This document shows positions 33,339 through 42,295 of a DNA stretch of 64,000 bases, one piece after another. The stretch lies in contig CAWCYD010000003.1 in NCBI GenBank assembly GCA_963799775.1, positions 352,001 to 416,000 of the forward strand. The letters are read 5' to 3'. Made by a program: the position numbers and the translations under genes. Within the stretch, counting starts at the first letter, position 1. The number at the start of each line of letters is the position of its first letter. The stretch comes from an uncultured archaeon (GTDB lineage Archaea > Thermoproteota > Nitrososphaeria > Nitrososphaerales > Gagatemarchaeaceae). The notes below the pieces were generated by a model, which saw only the letters and a program-made list of their open reading frames with translations, was not told the origin of the DNA and searched no databases.

Positions 33339-35145
33339 TTGGTCAAAGCTGGCAATCTGGGCGTCAAGATATCGCTTGCAGCGATCTGCTTCGTACTCCT
33401 GTTCGTGGGAAGCGTCCACGCCCAAACTCAGGCGTCGGCTTCGATCTCTGTCTCGTCGTCCGCGGGAATCGTCGGGAGCAAGATTACGGTCAGTGGTTCG
33501 GGCTATCCCCCTAGCACAACCCTGCAGTTGGAATGGAACTCAGCGAACGCGAACTGGGTAGTGGCGAGCGTCCCCGGCGCTGCGGGACAGAGCCCTCCCC
33601 AGGTCACCGGCATCAACGTAGTGCCCTTCGAGAAGACCCTGGGGTCTGCCCAGACCAACGCGTCGGGCTCCTTCAGCGTTCAGATCACCACGCCCTCTGA
33701 CTTCGGCGTTCAGCATGTCATACAGGCCTACGCAGCGAATGGCACGGCGTACGCGCCAAAGGCCACCTACACGACCGAGCCTTTGTTCACCGTCTCGCCG
33801 TTGAGCGGACCCGCCGGGACTCCAATCACCATAACGGGGACGGGGTTGGGTGACGGGCTCTACTCGACGAGCTACCACGTCTACTGGGACAACAACTACG
33901 TGGGCTATGCGACCGCAATCGACTCTCAAGGGTCGACGAGCTTCACCGTATACGCGTCGGGGGTACCGGGGACGCACTTTCTCGCCATATACCAGGGATA
34001 TCCCGGTCCGGGATACCTGAACGCGGAGCAGATTCCGGTAGCAAGCCAGAGCCAGTCCTACTTCCCTCCGGGATGTGTCGTGATGGTCTCCTGCACGATT
34101 CCGTACTACGTGAATTTCACGGTCTCAGCCTCTGATCCGCCAAGCAGCAGGCACCAGCGGCTTGGCAGCTCCGGCTCGATGGCCTTCGTTCCTCTTCTGG
34201 CGGCAACAACTGCGCTCGCGGGCGGAGCTCTCTACGTGTCCAAGCAAGATCCCGAGAGACGCAAGGCCGTCAGCAGGTCTATGGCGGCAATCGTGCTCAT
34301 AGTCGTGATCGTCGTCGCAGGCGTCGCACTCTACGGCAGCATGGCGTCGAGTGGCTCTCGGAGCGCATCCACCGTCACCGCCACCACCACGGTCACCGCA
34401 ACGCCAACGACGTCTGCAACCTCCACCACCCCGATCAGCTTCACGCCTGTCGCCTCCATCGACAGGCCGCAGATAACAGTCCCAGTGTATAACACCGCGA
34501 CGACGGGCCCTCGGATAACCGTCACTCCAGAAATAGTCTCGGTGGGACAGACGATAAACGTCACCGGGCAAGGCTTCGCACCGAACACCCAGCTCCCGAT
34601 AACCTGGTCGACTAGACAAGGGAGCAACCTTCTAGGCTATAAGCTGGTCGCGCTCCCGCTGAAGACCGTGACCACGGACAGCAACGGAGCGTTCACCTTC
34701 GCACAGAAGGTTCACTCCGACGTCGGGGGGATCCACTTCGTGGCGGCCGGCAACCTGACCGAGAACTCGAACGGGACAGTGTTCCTGCAGAGGACCGGGA
34801 CCATTAGCGCGACGCAAGGGCCCGCCAGGGACCAAGATAGTGATCTCCTTCGTCGGGATCGGATGGGACTACAACACGAACATCATGACCGTCGACTACG
34901 ACAACTCGTACGTCGGCTATGGGTGCGGCTTCAACACTGGCGGTAACACTACCATCACCATATTCGCCGCGGGCGCACCCGGAGTGCACAACATCGACAT
35001 CTATCCGTCGATCTGGTGGGGTAATTCAGGTCCCACGGCCCAGCAGGTGACGATCTATAGGTACCCGATCTTGACGCCTCAGGACCACCCAGAGCTGATG
35101 CCTTCGTTCCACTTCACCTTCCTCATCACGGGCGGGACCGCATAG
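33339..35145 (+). CDS. secreted Ig/IPT-like repeat protein with an internal TM hairpin, frameshift ~34826
   Basis: Two homologous modules (ITVSGSGYPP / INVTGQGFAP; WDNNYVGY / YDNSYVGY) either side of two TM helices. Confidence 0.75.
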
Positions 35146-35222
35146 CGGCGGAGGCGGATTGTTGACGTGATGATGTCGTCAGACCACTCTCAAGAATCTG
35201 CGGCACGGCTTGGGGACAACCA

Positions 35223-36032
35223 ATGACCGCGAACGAAGAGGACGAGTCGAAGAAAGCGGCCCCTCCTCCGGGCGACCGCAGCATCACCCGGAGGAACCTG
35301 TTGCGCGCAGGTCTCACGTTGGGTCTGATTTCGATGGTCGCGGGCATCTCCTCCGTCGCCAAGTCGCTCTTCTCTCCAGCGAATCCTCCTTCTCCGCTCG
35401 AAGCGCAGACCTCCACGCCCACCGTAACGAAGACCAAGACCTCGACCGTCACCGTCACGCAGGGAGGGGGGAACCAGACGGCCTCGGCCTCCTCAAGCGC
35501 TTCCTCGTCAGCGACCAGTGAGACCACTTCGACGTCGAGCACTTCGACCACCTCCTCGCCCTTCCCTCAGCTGGACATAGCCAACATCAGCAGTCTGGTC
35601 GTGTCCCAGCCCATATCGTTCAACTACCCGCTGGAGGAGACGCCGAACATCCTGGTGAAGCTCGGCGTGAAGGCAGAAGGGGGGGTCGGGCCGGACGGGG
35701 ACATCGTAGCTTACAGCGTGGTCTGCCAGCATCTTGGGTGCATCTTCGGTTTCGTCGCCAAGGGCGACGCCCCCGCATGCGAGAGCGACTACACCGCCGC
35801 CGGACCGATAGGCTACTGCTGCTGCCATGGGAGCGTCTACGACTTTCTAAACGGCGCCAAGGTAACCGACGGTCCTGCACCACGGGCGGTACCCCAGGTA
35901 ACCCTCTCGATCGACGACTCAGGCGAGATATGGGCGGTGGGCATGGGCCCGCCGACAATCTTCGGGCACAACACAGGCTCAAACGACGTCCTGGACGACC
36001 TGCAGGGGGGAACCGTAGTGAGTGGTCAATAG
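35223..36032 (+). CDS. Tat-exported Rieske [2Fe-2S] protein (SoxL/SoxF-like)
   Basis: TRRNLL Tat motif, NYPL, GVGP, CQHLGC and CCCHGS boxes. Confidence 0.92.
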   Translation: MTANEEDESKKAAPPPGDRSITRRNLLRAGLTLGLISMVAGISSVAKSLFSPANPPSPLEAQTSTPTVTKTKTSTVTVTQGGGNQTASASSSASSSATSETTSTSSTSTTSSPFPQLDIANISSLVVSQPISFNYPLEETPNILVKLGVKAEGGVGPDGDIVAYSVVCQHLGCIFGFVAKGDAPACESDYTAAGPIGYCCCHGSVYDFLNGAKVTDGPAPRAVPQVTLSIDDSGEIWAVGMGPPTIFGHNTGSNDVLDDLQGGTVVSGQ

Positions 36033-36033
36033 A

Positions 36034-37600
36034 ATGTCGGAGCAAGAGGAGGAGAAGAAGAACCCAAGCCGCTTCCATCCATCAGAGGAGGCCGCGCCTC
36101 ACGAGCGCCTCTTGGCAAGGACGGTCCACTGGTTCGACGACAGGCTGGGCCTTTCACACGAGATGTTTCGCCCTGCGCCGGCCTACTCCGTCAACCCGTT
36201 CTACTGGCTCGGGGCTCTGGCGGTTGTCGCCTTCGGGATTCAGGCGGTCACCGGCATGATGATGATGATCTACTACATCCCCACGCCCGCGCAGGCGTAC
36301 TCCTCCACCCTCTACATCTTCGAGAATGTGAGTTATGGGCGGTTCCTCGAGACCGTGCACCTCTACACCGCCTACGCGATGATCATGCTCGCGTTCATGC
36401 ACATGATGAGGGGTTACTTTGTCTCGGTCCACAAGAAGCCGCACGAGCTGATGTGGGTGACCGGGATGGTCATGGGGTTCGTCACGCTGGGGTTCGGATT
36501 CACCGGGTACCTTCTTCCCTGGACCGTCGTCTCCAAATCGGCGACCGACGTCGGGATTGGAATGATGTCCGCCCTGCCGCAGCCCCTGTCTAACTTCATC
36601 CAGTTCCTCATCGTCGGCGGAGGGACGGACTCGGGGACCATGCTGAGGTTCTTCGACCTCCACGTCGTCGTGCTCCCCGCCGTCCTCGTGATTCTCCTCG
36701 CCGCCAAGATGTACATGCTCGAGGCGCACGGCGTGTCTGAGCCGGTGACAGGCCCTGTACCGCTGCCGGGGAAGAAGAGGAAGCTGATCCCGATCTTCCC
36801 TGACCTCACGTTCTATCTCCTCGAGCTCGCAGCCTTGTTCGGCGTGGCGATATTCCTCATCTCCGTGGCGTTCCCGCTGACCCTTCCGCCGCAGTACACC
36901 CCGACCTTGGCCGCCCAGTCCACCCCGCAGCCCGACTGGTACTTCCTCTGGGTCTACCAGGTGCTGAAGATCGCGGTCTTCGAGGGGCCGGGGCTCACCG
37001 TCGCGCTCACGCTGATCTCGCTGGTGTTCGTGGCGCTGATCGTCCTTCCCTTCATTGACAGGGGGACGACGCGAAGGATTGCGTCGAGGAGGAACTTCGT
37101 GACCCTGGGACTGATCTTCGTTGCAGAGGTAGCCGTGCTGACGGTTTGGGGGTACAAGACGCCTGGCAAGATCATACCCAACGAGCAGGCCTTGCTCGTT
37201 CTGGGCGGCACCGCGCTGCTCGTGGCTCTGGTCTCCGCAGGGATGTACAGGGTCATCTTCAGGGGGCTTCCAAAGGGAACTTCTGCGCCGGGCATGTCGC
37301 CGGCTACTTCCGGAGCCCCGTATGCGACCAGGGCGTTCAATTCTGCTGCCCTGTGGACCGCCTCCAGCTTCGTCATCCTGCTGACCTTGGGGACGTTCGG
37401 CATCGGCGGCACCCTGGCATGCGGGGTCAACCTGATAATGCAGGGCGCTACCCCGGCGATACTGACCTCCTTGGCAGAGTCGCTCGTGGAGCTCTCGGTA
37501 GCAGTGGCGGGATCCGTCTACCTTCTCTATAGGCTGAGACCTCGGGACAGGGTCCATCAAGCGGCGCGTGAAGGCACTCGAGGTCGGATGGAGCTCATGA
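36034..37600 (+). CDS. cytochrome b of a Rieske/cyt b complex (SoxN/SoxC-like), frameshift ~37538
   Basis: NPFYWLGAL, HLYTAY...MH, TGYLLPW, FFDLH, PDWY Qo motif. Confidence 0.92.
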
Positions 37601-37869
37601 CAGAACTAGACGAGCGGGTCGGCCTCCGGGTGGTGGGGCTGCTCTTGGTGGTTGCGTTCGCGACCGTAATAGGCCTATGGACCTTGGACACCTCCGCGGT
37701 GGCCGGCGAGTCTCTATACGCAATCTACGTCTCGATAGACCTCATATGCTTCGCCATGATCGCATACATCTACAGGAAGAGCAATGCAGGTGAGAGCGTC
37801 GGACGCATCCCACTGCTCGCCGGGTGCTGCATGATGCTCATCCTAATCTTCTCCGGGTTCGCTGTGTAG
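37597..37869 (+). CDS. small 3-TM membrane protein
   Basis: ATG overlaps the corrected cyt b stop (ATGA); MTELDERVGLRVVGLLLVVAF... Confidence 0.65.
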   Translation: MTELDERVGLRVVGLLLVVAFATVIGLWTLDTSAVAGESLYAIYVSIDLICFAMIAYIYRKSNAGESVGRIPLLAGCCMMLILIFSGFAV

Positions 37870-38037
37870 GGCTCCAGAGAAGGACCGCGCGGCCAAAGCT
37901 GAGGGTACCACAGATAGGCTCCATTGTCTTGCTCGAGAGCTGAGGTTCTCTGTCGCGCCACGGTACCCGGCCGCGGCGCACCCAGGGAGCGCCAAGCTCC
38001 GCCCGCAAACCGGTTATGTGATTGTGCGCGCAAATGC

Positions 38038-38062
38038 GCGCATCCGCACGGATGCGCTTATA
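38038..38062. promoter_or_regulatory. perfect palindrome abutting a TATA-like box
   Basis: GCGCATCCG-CA-CGGATGCGC followed by TTATA. Confidence 0.55.
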
Positions 38063-38095
38063 CCGGACCGCAACTCTGTAAATTTAGTGACATCG

Positions 38096-38576
38096 ATGGA
38101 AGTGCAAGAGAGACAGATGGACGAGCTGTTCTGGCACCAGTTCTGGAAGGACTTCCCTGCTGCCACCGACTACTTTTCGCCGGCGATCAAGGCGTTGCAG
38201 GACTACCTGGGATTTGGGTCGAAAGACATACTCCGATCGCTGGGCGAGATGATGGGCCGCAAGGTCGTGGAGAGGTGCCCCGCACATGAACATGACGGAG
38301 ATGCTATCTGAGCTTTCCAGAATCTGGGAGAGCATGGATATCGGGCACTTGAAGGTCGTAAGCCAGGATCCGCTGACATTGGAAGTGTCCAACTGCATGA
38401 TCTGTGGGCAACTGGCGGGGTCGGGCGGGATGTACGAGTGCTCGTTTCACGAGGGCTTCTTCCACGGGGTGCTGACCAGCTGCATGCAGAGAGACGTCCA
38501 GGTACATCAGGACACGAACTTCGAGGGCGACGCAGGGACCTGGTGCAGGAGATTCGTCACAGATATCAGGCCTTGA
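38096..38576 (+). CDS. V4R domain protein, frameshift ~38280
   Basis: LRSLGEMMG, WESMDIG, NCMIC, CSFHEGFFHG, terminal C. Confidence 0.8.
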
Positions 38577-38868
38577 GAGATGCCTAACGCTAGCGCCGAG
38601 CCGAAGCCGCAGAGGTCAGATAGACACGGAAGAGAAATGCATTTGTTGTGAAGTCGACGCCAACCGAGGCGACGGCCTTCGATGTTGGGTGTGCGAGTGC
38701 GAAGCAAGCAAGAATAGCGTCTGAGAAGCTGTCGGCCATTTTCGGCCGATAGTCAGTTTAAAGGTTCTTCGTGATTGGGCGACTCGATATTTCATCATGG
38801 CCGTTGACGACGCTCTGCAATCTCAACGATTAGCGGTTTAATACGTCGCCAAGCCCTACTGGCCCACA

Positions 38869-39387
38869 ATGACATCTTCGCTGATGGATCTCTCCACCGT
38901 CCTTGGCATCGCAGGCTTCAGCGTAAGCGTTCTCGTCGCAGAGGAGCTGATCAGTTTCGTGGTGCGCCGTGCGGCGAAGAAGGCCCGCGCAGACCTCACC
39001 GTCCAGAGGGACCTGGGGACTGGCATGAGGCTGATTGCCGTGCTCCTGATAGTCTCGGACATACTCAGCGCTTCCGGGCTCTCATCGCTCTTCGCGACGC
39101 TCACGATCTCTGGCATCCTCGCCGTTGCCGTCTCCCTAGCCCTGCAGAGCACCCTCGCGAACGTGATCTCAGGCCTCCTCCTCTTCAGCGACGGCGTTCT
39201 GAGGCTCGGCGACACAATAGAGTACAGCAGCGCCAAGGGGAAGGTCGTCCGGATAGGACTGAGAAACACTTGGATAAAGACTGAGCCAGGGCACATCGTC
39301 GTCGTGAGCAACTCCTCCCTCTCGAGCGGGCCTCTGGTCAATCTCACAGCCACGGAGCGGCTCTCGAAGCGCTACGCGTTCGAGTGA
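38869..39387 (+). CDS. small-conductance mechanosensitive channel (MscS family)
   Basis: SLALQSTLANVISG, LGDTIE, GKVVRIGLRNT. Confidence 0.88.
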   Translation: MTSSLMDLSTVLGIAGFSVSVLVAEELISFVVRRAAKKARADLTVQRDLGTGMRLIAVLLIVSDILSASGLSSLFATLTISGILAVAVSLALQSTLANVISGLLLFSDGVLRLGDTIEYSSAKGKVVRIGLRNTWIKTEPGHIVVVSNSSLSSGPLVNLTATERLSKRYAFE

Positions 39388-39397
39388 GCCCGCGACC

Positions 39398-40393
39398 TCA
39401 TTCGGGCCTGAACTGGTACGTGGGCAGCGCCAGGTCGGAGATGTCGACGATGATGCTCGCGACCCTTTCCAATAGGGTGAGGAGGTCGACCATCATCCCA
39501 GTCGATGCCCCCCTCATCCCGACCATCTCCTTTGAGAGTTCCCCTAGTCGTTCGCGCATCGCGGCGACATCCGTGTGCGTCTTCTTGGGCTGGACCCGCC
39601 TCCTGGCCAAGAACGAAGAGATCGCCACTTCGCCCATCTTCTCGAGCGTTCCAAGAAACTCCACTAGCTGGACGGATACCTCCTCCAGCTCCTCTCGGGC
39701 CGCCCTCTTGGAGAAGTCGGCGACTGCGTCTCCGAGACTCTCGAGATAGCTTGCTAGGACCCGGAAGTCTAGGCACTCTATGGGGGCAAGCTTGTATCTC
39801 TCTGCGACCTCAGGGTCGATCGTCGCCGTCCTGATCGTCCTGACGAGCAGGAAATACAACCTGTCTACCTCGTCGTCCCTCTCGTCGACGGTCCCCAAGA
39901 GGGCGCGGTCTTGTCGGATTCCCTCTGCCGAGTCCCTGAGCATGCCTGCAATCAGGCTCCCCATTCGCCTCACTATCTTCTCAGGGTCGAGGGCCGCCGG
40001 GTCTGGAAGGAACTGCATCGTCATGCTCTTCGCATCCTCGTCGACCACCTCTAGTCCCACGAGCCTCGTGACGGCCGACTTGAGCCTCGTCCTGTCCTCT
40101 CTCGTTATCATCGACTTACCGGCCACCCGTATCGCGTTGCTCCCCATCAGGTAGGCGCCGGTCACGTCGTTGGTGACGTATGTGATGCTCTCTCGTGGAT
40201 ACTCTATCACAACCTCGTCCCTCGCGTCGTCCCGCTGGTTCTCTTCTATGGGCTTCACGACCAGCCTCCGGGGCGAGATCTCCTCGACGACGACGCTCGA
40301 GCCGCGCACCACGCCATTCCTCTTGGCCCAATTCTTGGGAAGCGAGATCAAGACGGTCCCTCCGCCCATCTCAAGCACCTTTCTGGTGTCCAC
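39398..40393 (-). CDS. AbrB-PhoU family regulator
   Basis: RKVLEMGGGTVLISLPKNWA, DDEVDRLY, LESLGD. Confidence 0.9.
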   Translation of the reverse strand: MDTRKVLEMGGGTVLISLPKNWAKRNGVVRGSSVVVEEISPRRLVVKPIEENQRDDARDEVVIEYPRESITYVTNDVTGAYLMGSNAIRVAGKSMITREDRTRLKSAVTRLVGLEVVDEDAKSMTMQFLPDPAALDPEKIVRRMGSLIAGMLRDSAEGIRQDRALLGTVDERDDEVDRLYFLLVRTIRTATIDPEVAERYKLAPIECLDFRVLASYLESLGDAVADFSKRAAREELEEVSVQLVEFLGTLEKMGEVAISSFLARRRVQPKKTHTDVAAMRERLGELSKEMVGMRGASTGMMVDLLTLLERVASIIVDISDLALPTYQFRPE

Positions 40394-40396
40394 AGA

Positions 40397-40427
40397 AATC
40401 TATAGCTCTATAGATTATTTATAGATT
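40397..40427. promoter_or_regulatory. palindrome plus extra half-site, candidate operator
   Basis: AATCTATAG-CT-CTATAGATT and a further TTATAGATT 11 bp later, in a 45-bp divergent intergenic gap. Confidence 0.55.
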
Positions 40428-40438
40428 ATCTTGATAAA

Positions 40439-41283
40439 TTGACCACCCTTGAGACCCAAAGGCACATGTTCCCTGTGAACGCCAAGCCTACGGCCGCCGG
40501 GAAGGTAGCCCTGATCGCCATAACTGCCGCGTTATACGCGGTCGCGAAGGGCCTCACGGCCTTCATCCCCACTCCTTTTGGCGTCGGTCAGTTCCTCCTC
40601 TTCATCTTCGTCCCTGCCTTCTTTGCGATAGTTGGCGACACCCTCTCTGCCGCCATCGGGGCCGCGATAGGCACTTTCCTCGGCGACACGATCTTCCTGA
40701 CGCCCTTGGGTCAGACCAATCCCGCGCTGTCCCTCGTCTCAGGCGTCCCGGCCAACTTCATCGCGTTCCTCCTCTACGGATACCTGGTCAAGAAATACAA
40801 GTCGTGGCCCGCCTTCATCTCCAGCACCGTCCTCTGCATCACGCTCGGAAACCTGATTGCGGGCGCCCTGGTCGTGGAATTCGCGGCGCAGGTCTTCCTT
40901 CCGGCCTTCTCAGCCACCGTCGCCCACTACGGGGTCTTGACCCTGGTCCTTGGGTTCACCCTCTTCTGGACCGGCACGATGGTCCCAGCAGTTGTGATCG
41001 CGATACCTCTCCTCTTGAGGGTCGTCAGGCCGCTGGCCGGGCGCTCGAGCATCTTGTCATACTACCCATCGTGGTCGAACTACGAGGTGAGGAGCATATT
41101 GCCAGCGACCCTGGCTTACGCCATAGCTTTCATCGTCATCGCCGCGGGCTTCTTCATCCTCCAGTTCAACGTCCTCCAGGGCTGGTCTGTAATAGGAAGT
41201 TGGATCCTGGTGGCCGGAGTCGTGCTCGCGATAGTGGGCCTGTCGCAGGCCTCTTGGCTGGGGCCAACAAGCCAGGCTACTAG
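40439..41283 (+). CDS. ECF S-component-like membrane protein; frameshift ~41240 makes it look fused to pantoate kinase
   Basis: KVALIAITAALYAV, AAIGAAIGTFLGD; alternative frame ends LLAGANKPGY* one base before the next TTG. Confidence 0.65.
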
Positions 41284-41284
41284 A

Positions 41285-42223
41285 TTGCAAGCCAGAACGG
41301 CTCTCGCGTTCGCTCCCGCCGTGATCTCGAACTTCTTTGCGATTCACAACGAGGGCCTCTCTATGAGCCCGCCCGACCTTTCCCGCGTGGGCGCGACCGG
41401 AGGCGGGTTCACCCTCTCGAAGGGGGTCTACTCCCACACGAGGGTCGTGCCTAGCTCCTCTCCCGCAATCTCGGTCGCCGTCAACGGCGACGCCAACTAC
41501 CCTGCCGCCACGACCAGAAAGGCCATAGAGCTGCTAATGAAAGGGACCCGACAGGCCCCTCACCTCGTCGAGCTCATTCAAACCGTGGAGGTCCCGATAG
41601 GTGCGGGGTTCGGCAGCAGCTCAGCATCGGCGCTGTCCGCGGTGATGGCCGTCGCCTCCGCCCTCGGGCTGGGCCTGACCAAAGAGCGCGTCGCCTCATT
41701 CGCCCACGAGGCCGACATCGTGCGCCACACGGGGCTCGGGACCGTCTCCTCCACCTACAACCAGTCGGGGGCCGCGCTCATCATCAGGCCCGGCGGCCCG
41801 GGCGTCGCCGAACTCAGGAGCGTCAAAGTGCCTGAGGGGGTGCGCGTCATCACCGCGTGCCTGTCCCGCAAGGCAAAGGCGAACCTGCTCTCCTCGAAGC
41901 GGATGCAGACGAAGGTCAACGCCTTGGGAGACGCAGCCCTCCAGAGTGCCTCCGACCTCAGCCTGGAGAGCCTCCTGGCTGCCGGTCATGAGTTCGCCGA
42001 GAGACTGGGGATAATGACCCGGGCGGTCGAACATCTCGTCTCGGCAGCCCTGGAGAACGGGGCGATCGGGGCCAGCCAGAACATGGTCGGGAACTCCATG
42101 CACGCGGTCGTGAGGGACAAGGACCTGGACCGCATCTCTGGGATAATGCAAAACATCTCGAAGAAGGCGACGATCGACTCCTTCCGAATCGGCGGGCGAA
42201 CCGCCCGCGTCTTAGATGAATAA
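41285..42223 (+). CDS. pantoate kinase (GHMP family)
   Basis: AFAPAVISNFF, GATGGG, PIGAGFGSS, AHEAD...TGLGTV, SQNMVG. Confidence 0.85.
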   Translation: MQARTALAFAPAVISNFFAIHNEGLSMSPPDLSRVGATGGGFTLSKGVYSHTRVVPSSSPAISVAVNGDANYPAATTRKAIELLMKGTRQAPHLVELIQTVEVPIGAGFGSSSASALSAVMAVASALGLGLTKERVASFAHEADIVRHTGLGTVSSTYNQSGAALIIRPGGPGVAELRSVKVPEGVRVITACLSRKAKANLLSSKRMQTKVNALGDAALQSASDLSLESLLAAGHEFAERLGIMTRAVEHLVSAALENGAIGASQNMVGNSMHAVVRDKDLDRISGIMQNISKKATIDSFRIGGRTARVLDE

Positions 42224-42295
42224 TCATCAGATTTCTTCAAGCTTAGGCTTATATGCGCCTCCCGTCAGCAGGATAAGACAGCCGGAGTCTGCAGA

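Noticed and set aside
35223-36032. Arsenite oxidase small subunit AioB (GVGPDGDIVAYS similarity)
   Set aside because: No molybdopterin large subunit is adjacent; it is followed by cytochrome b, as for SoxL-type Rieske proteins.
36022-37869. 615-aa extended cytochrome b
   Set aside because: Correcting one base at ~37538 gives a stop at 37600 with an ATGA overlap into a separate small gene.
40439-42223. Transporter-pantoate kinase fusion (594-aa ORF)
   Set aside because: The alternative frame gives a natural stop at 41283 immediately before a TTG start; probably an indel artefact, though not proven.
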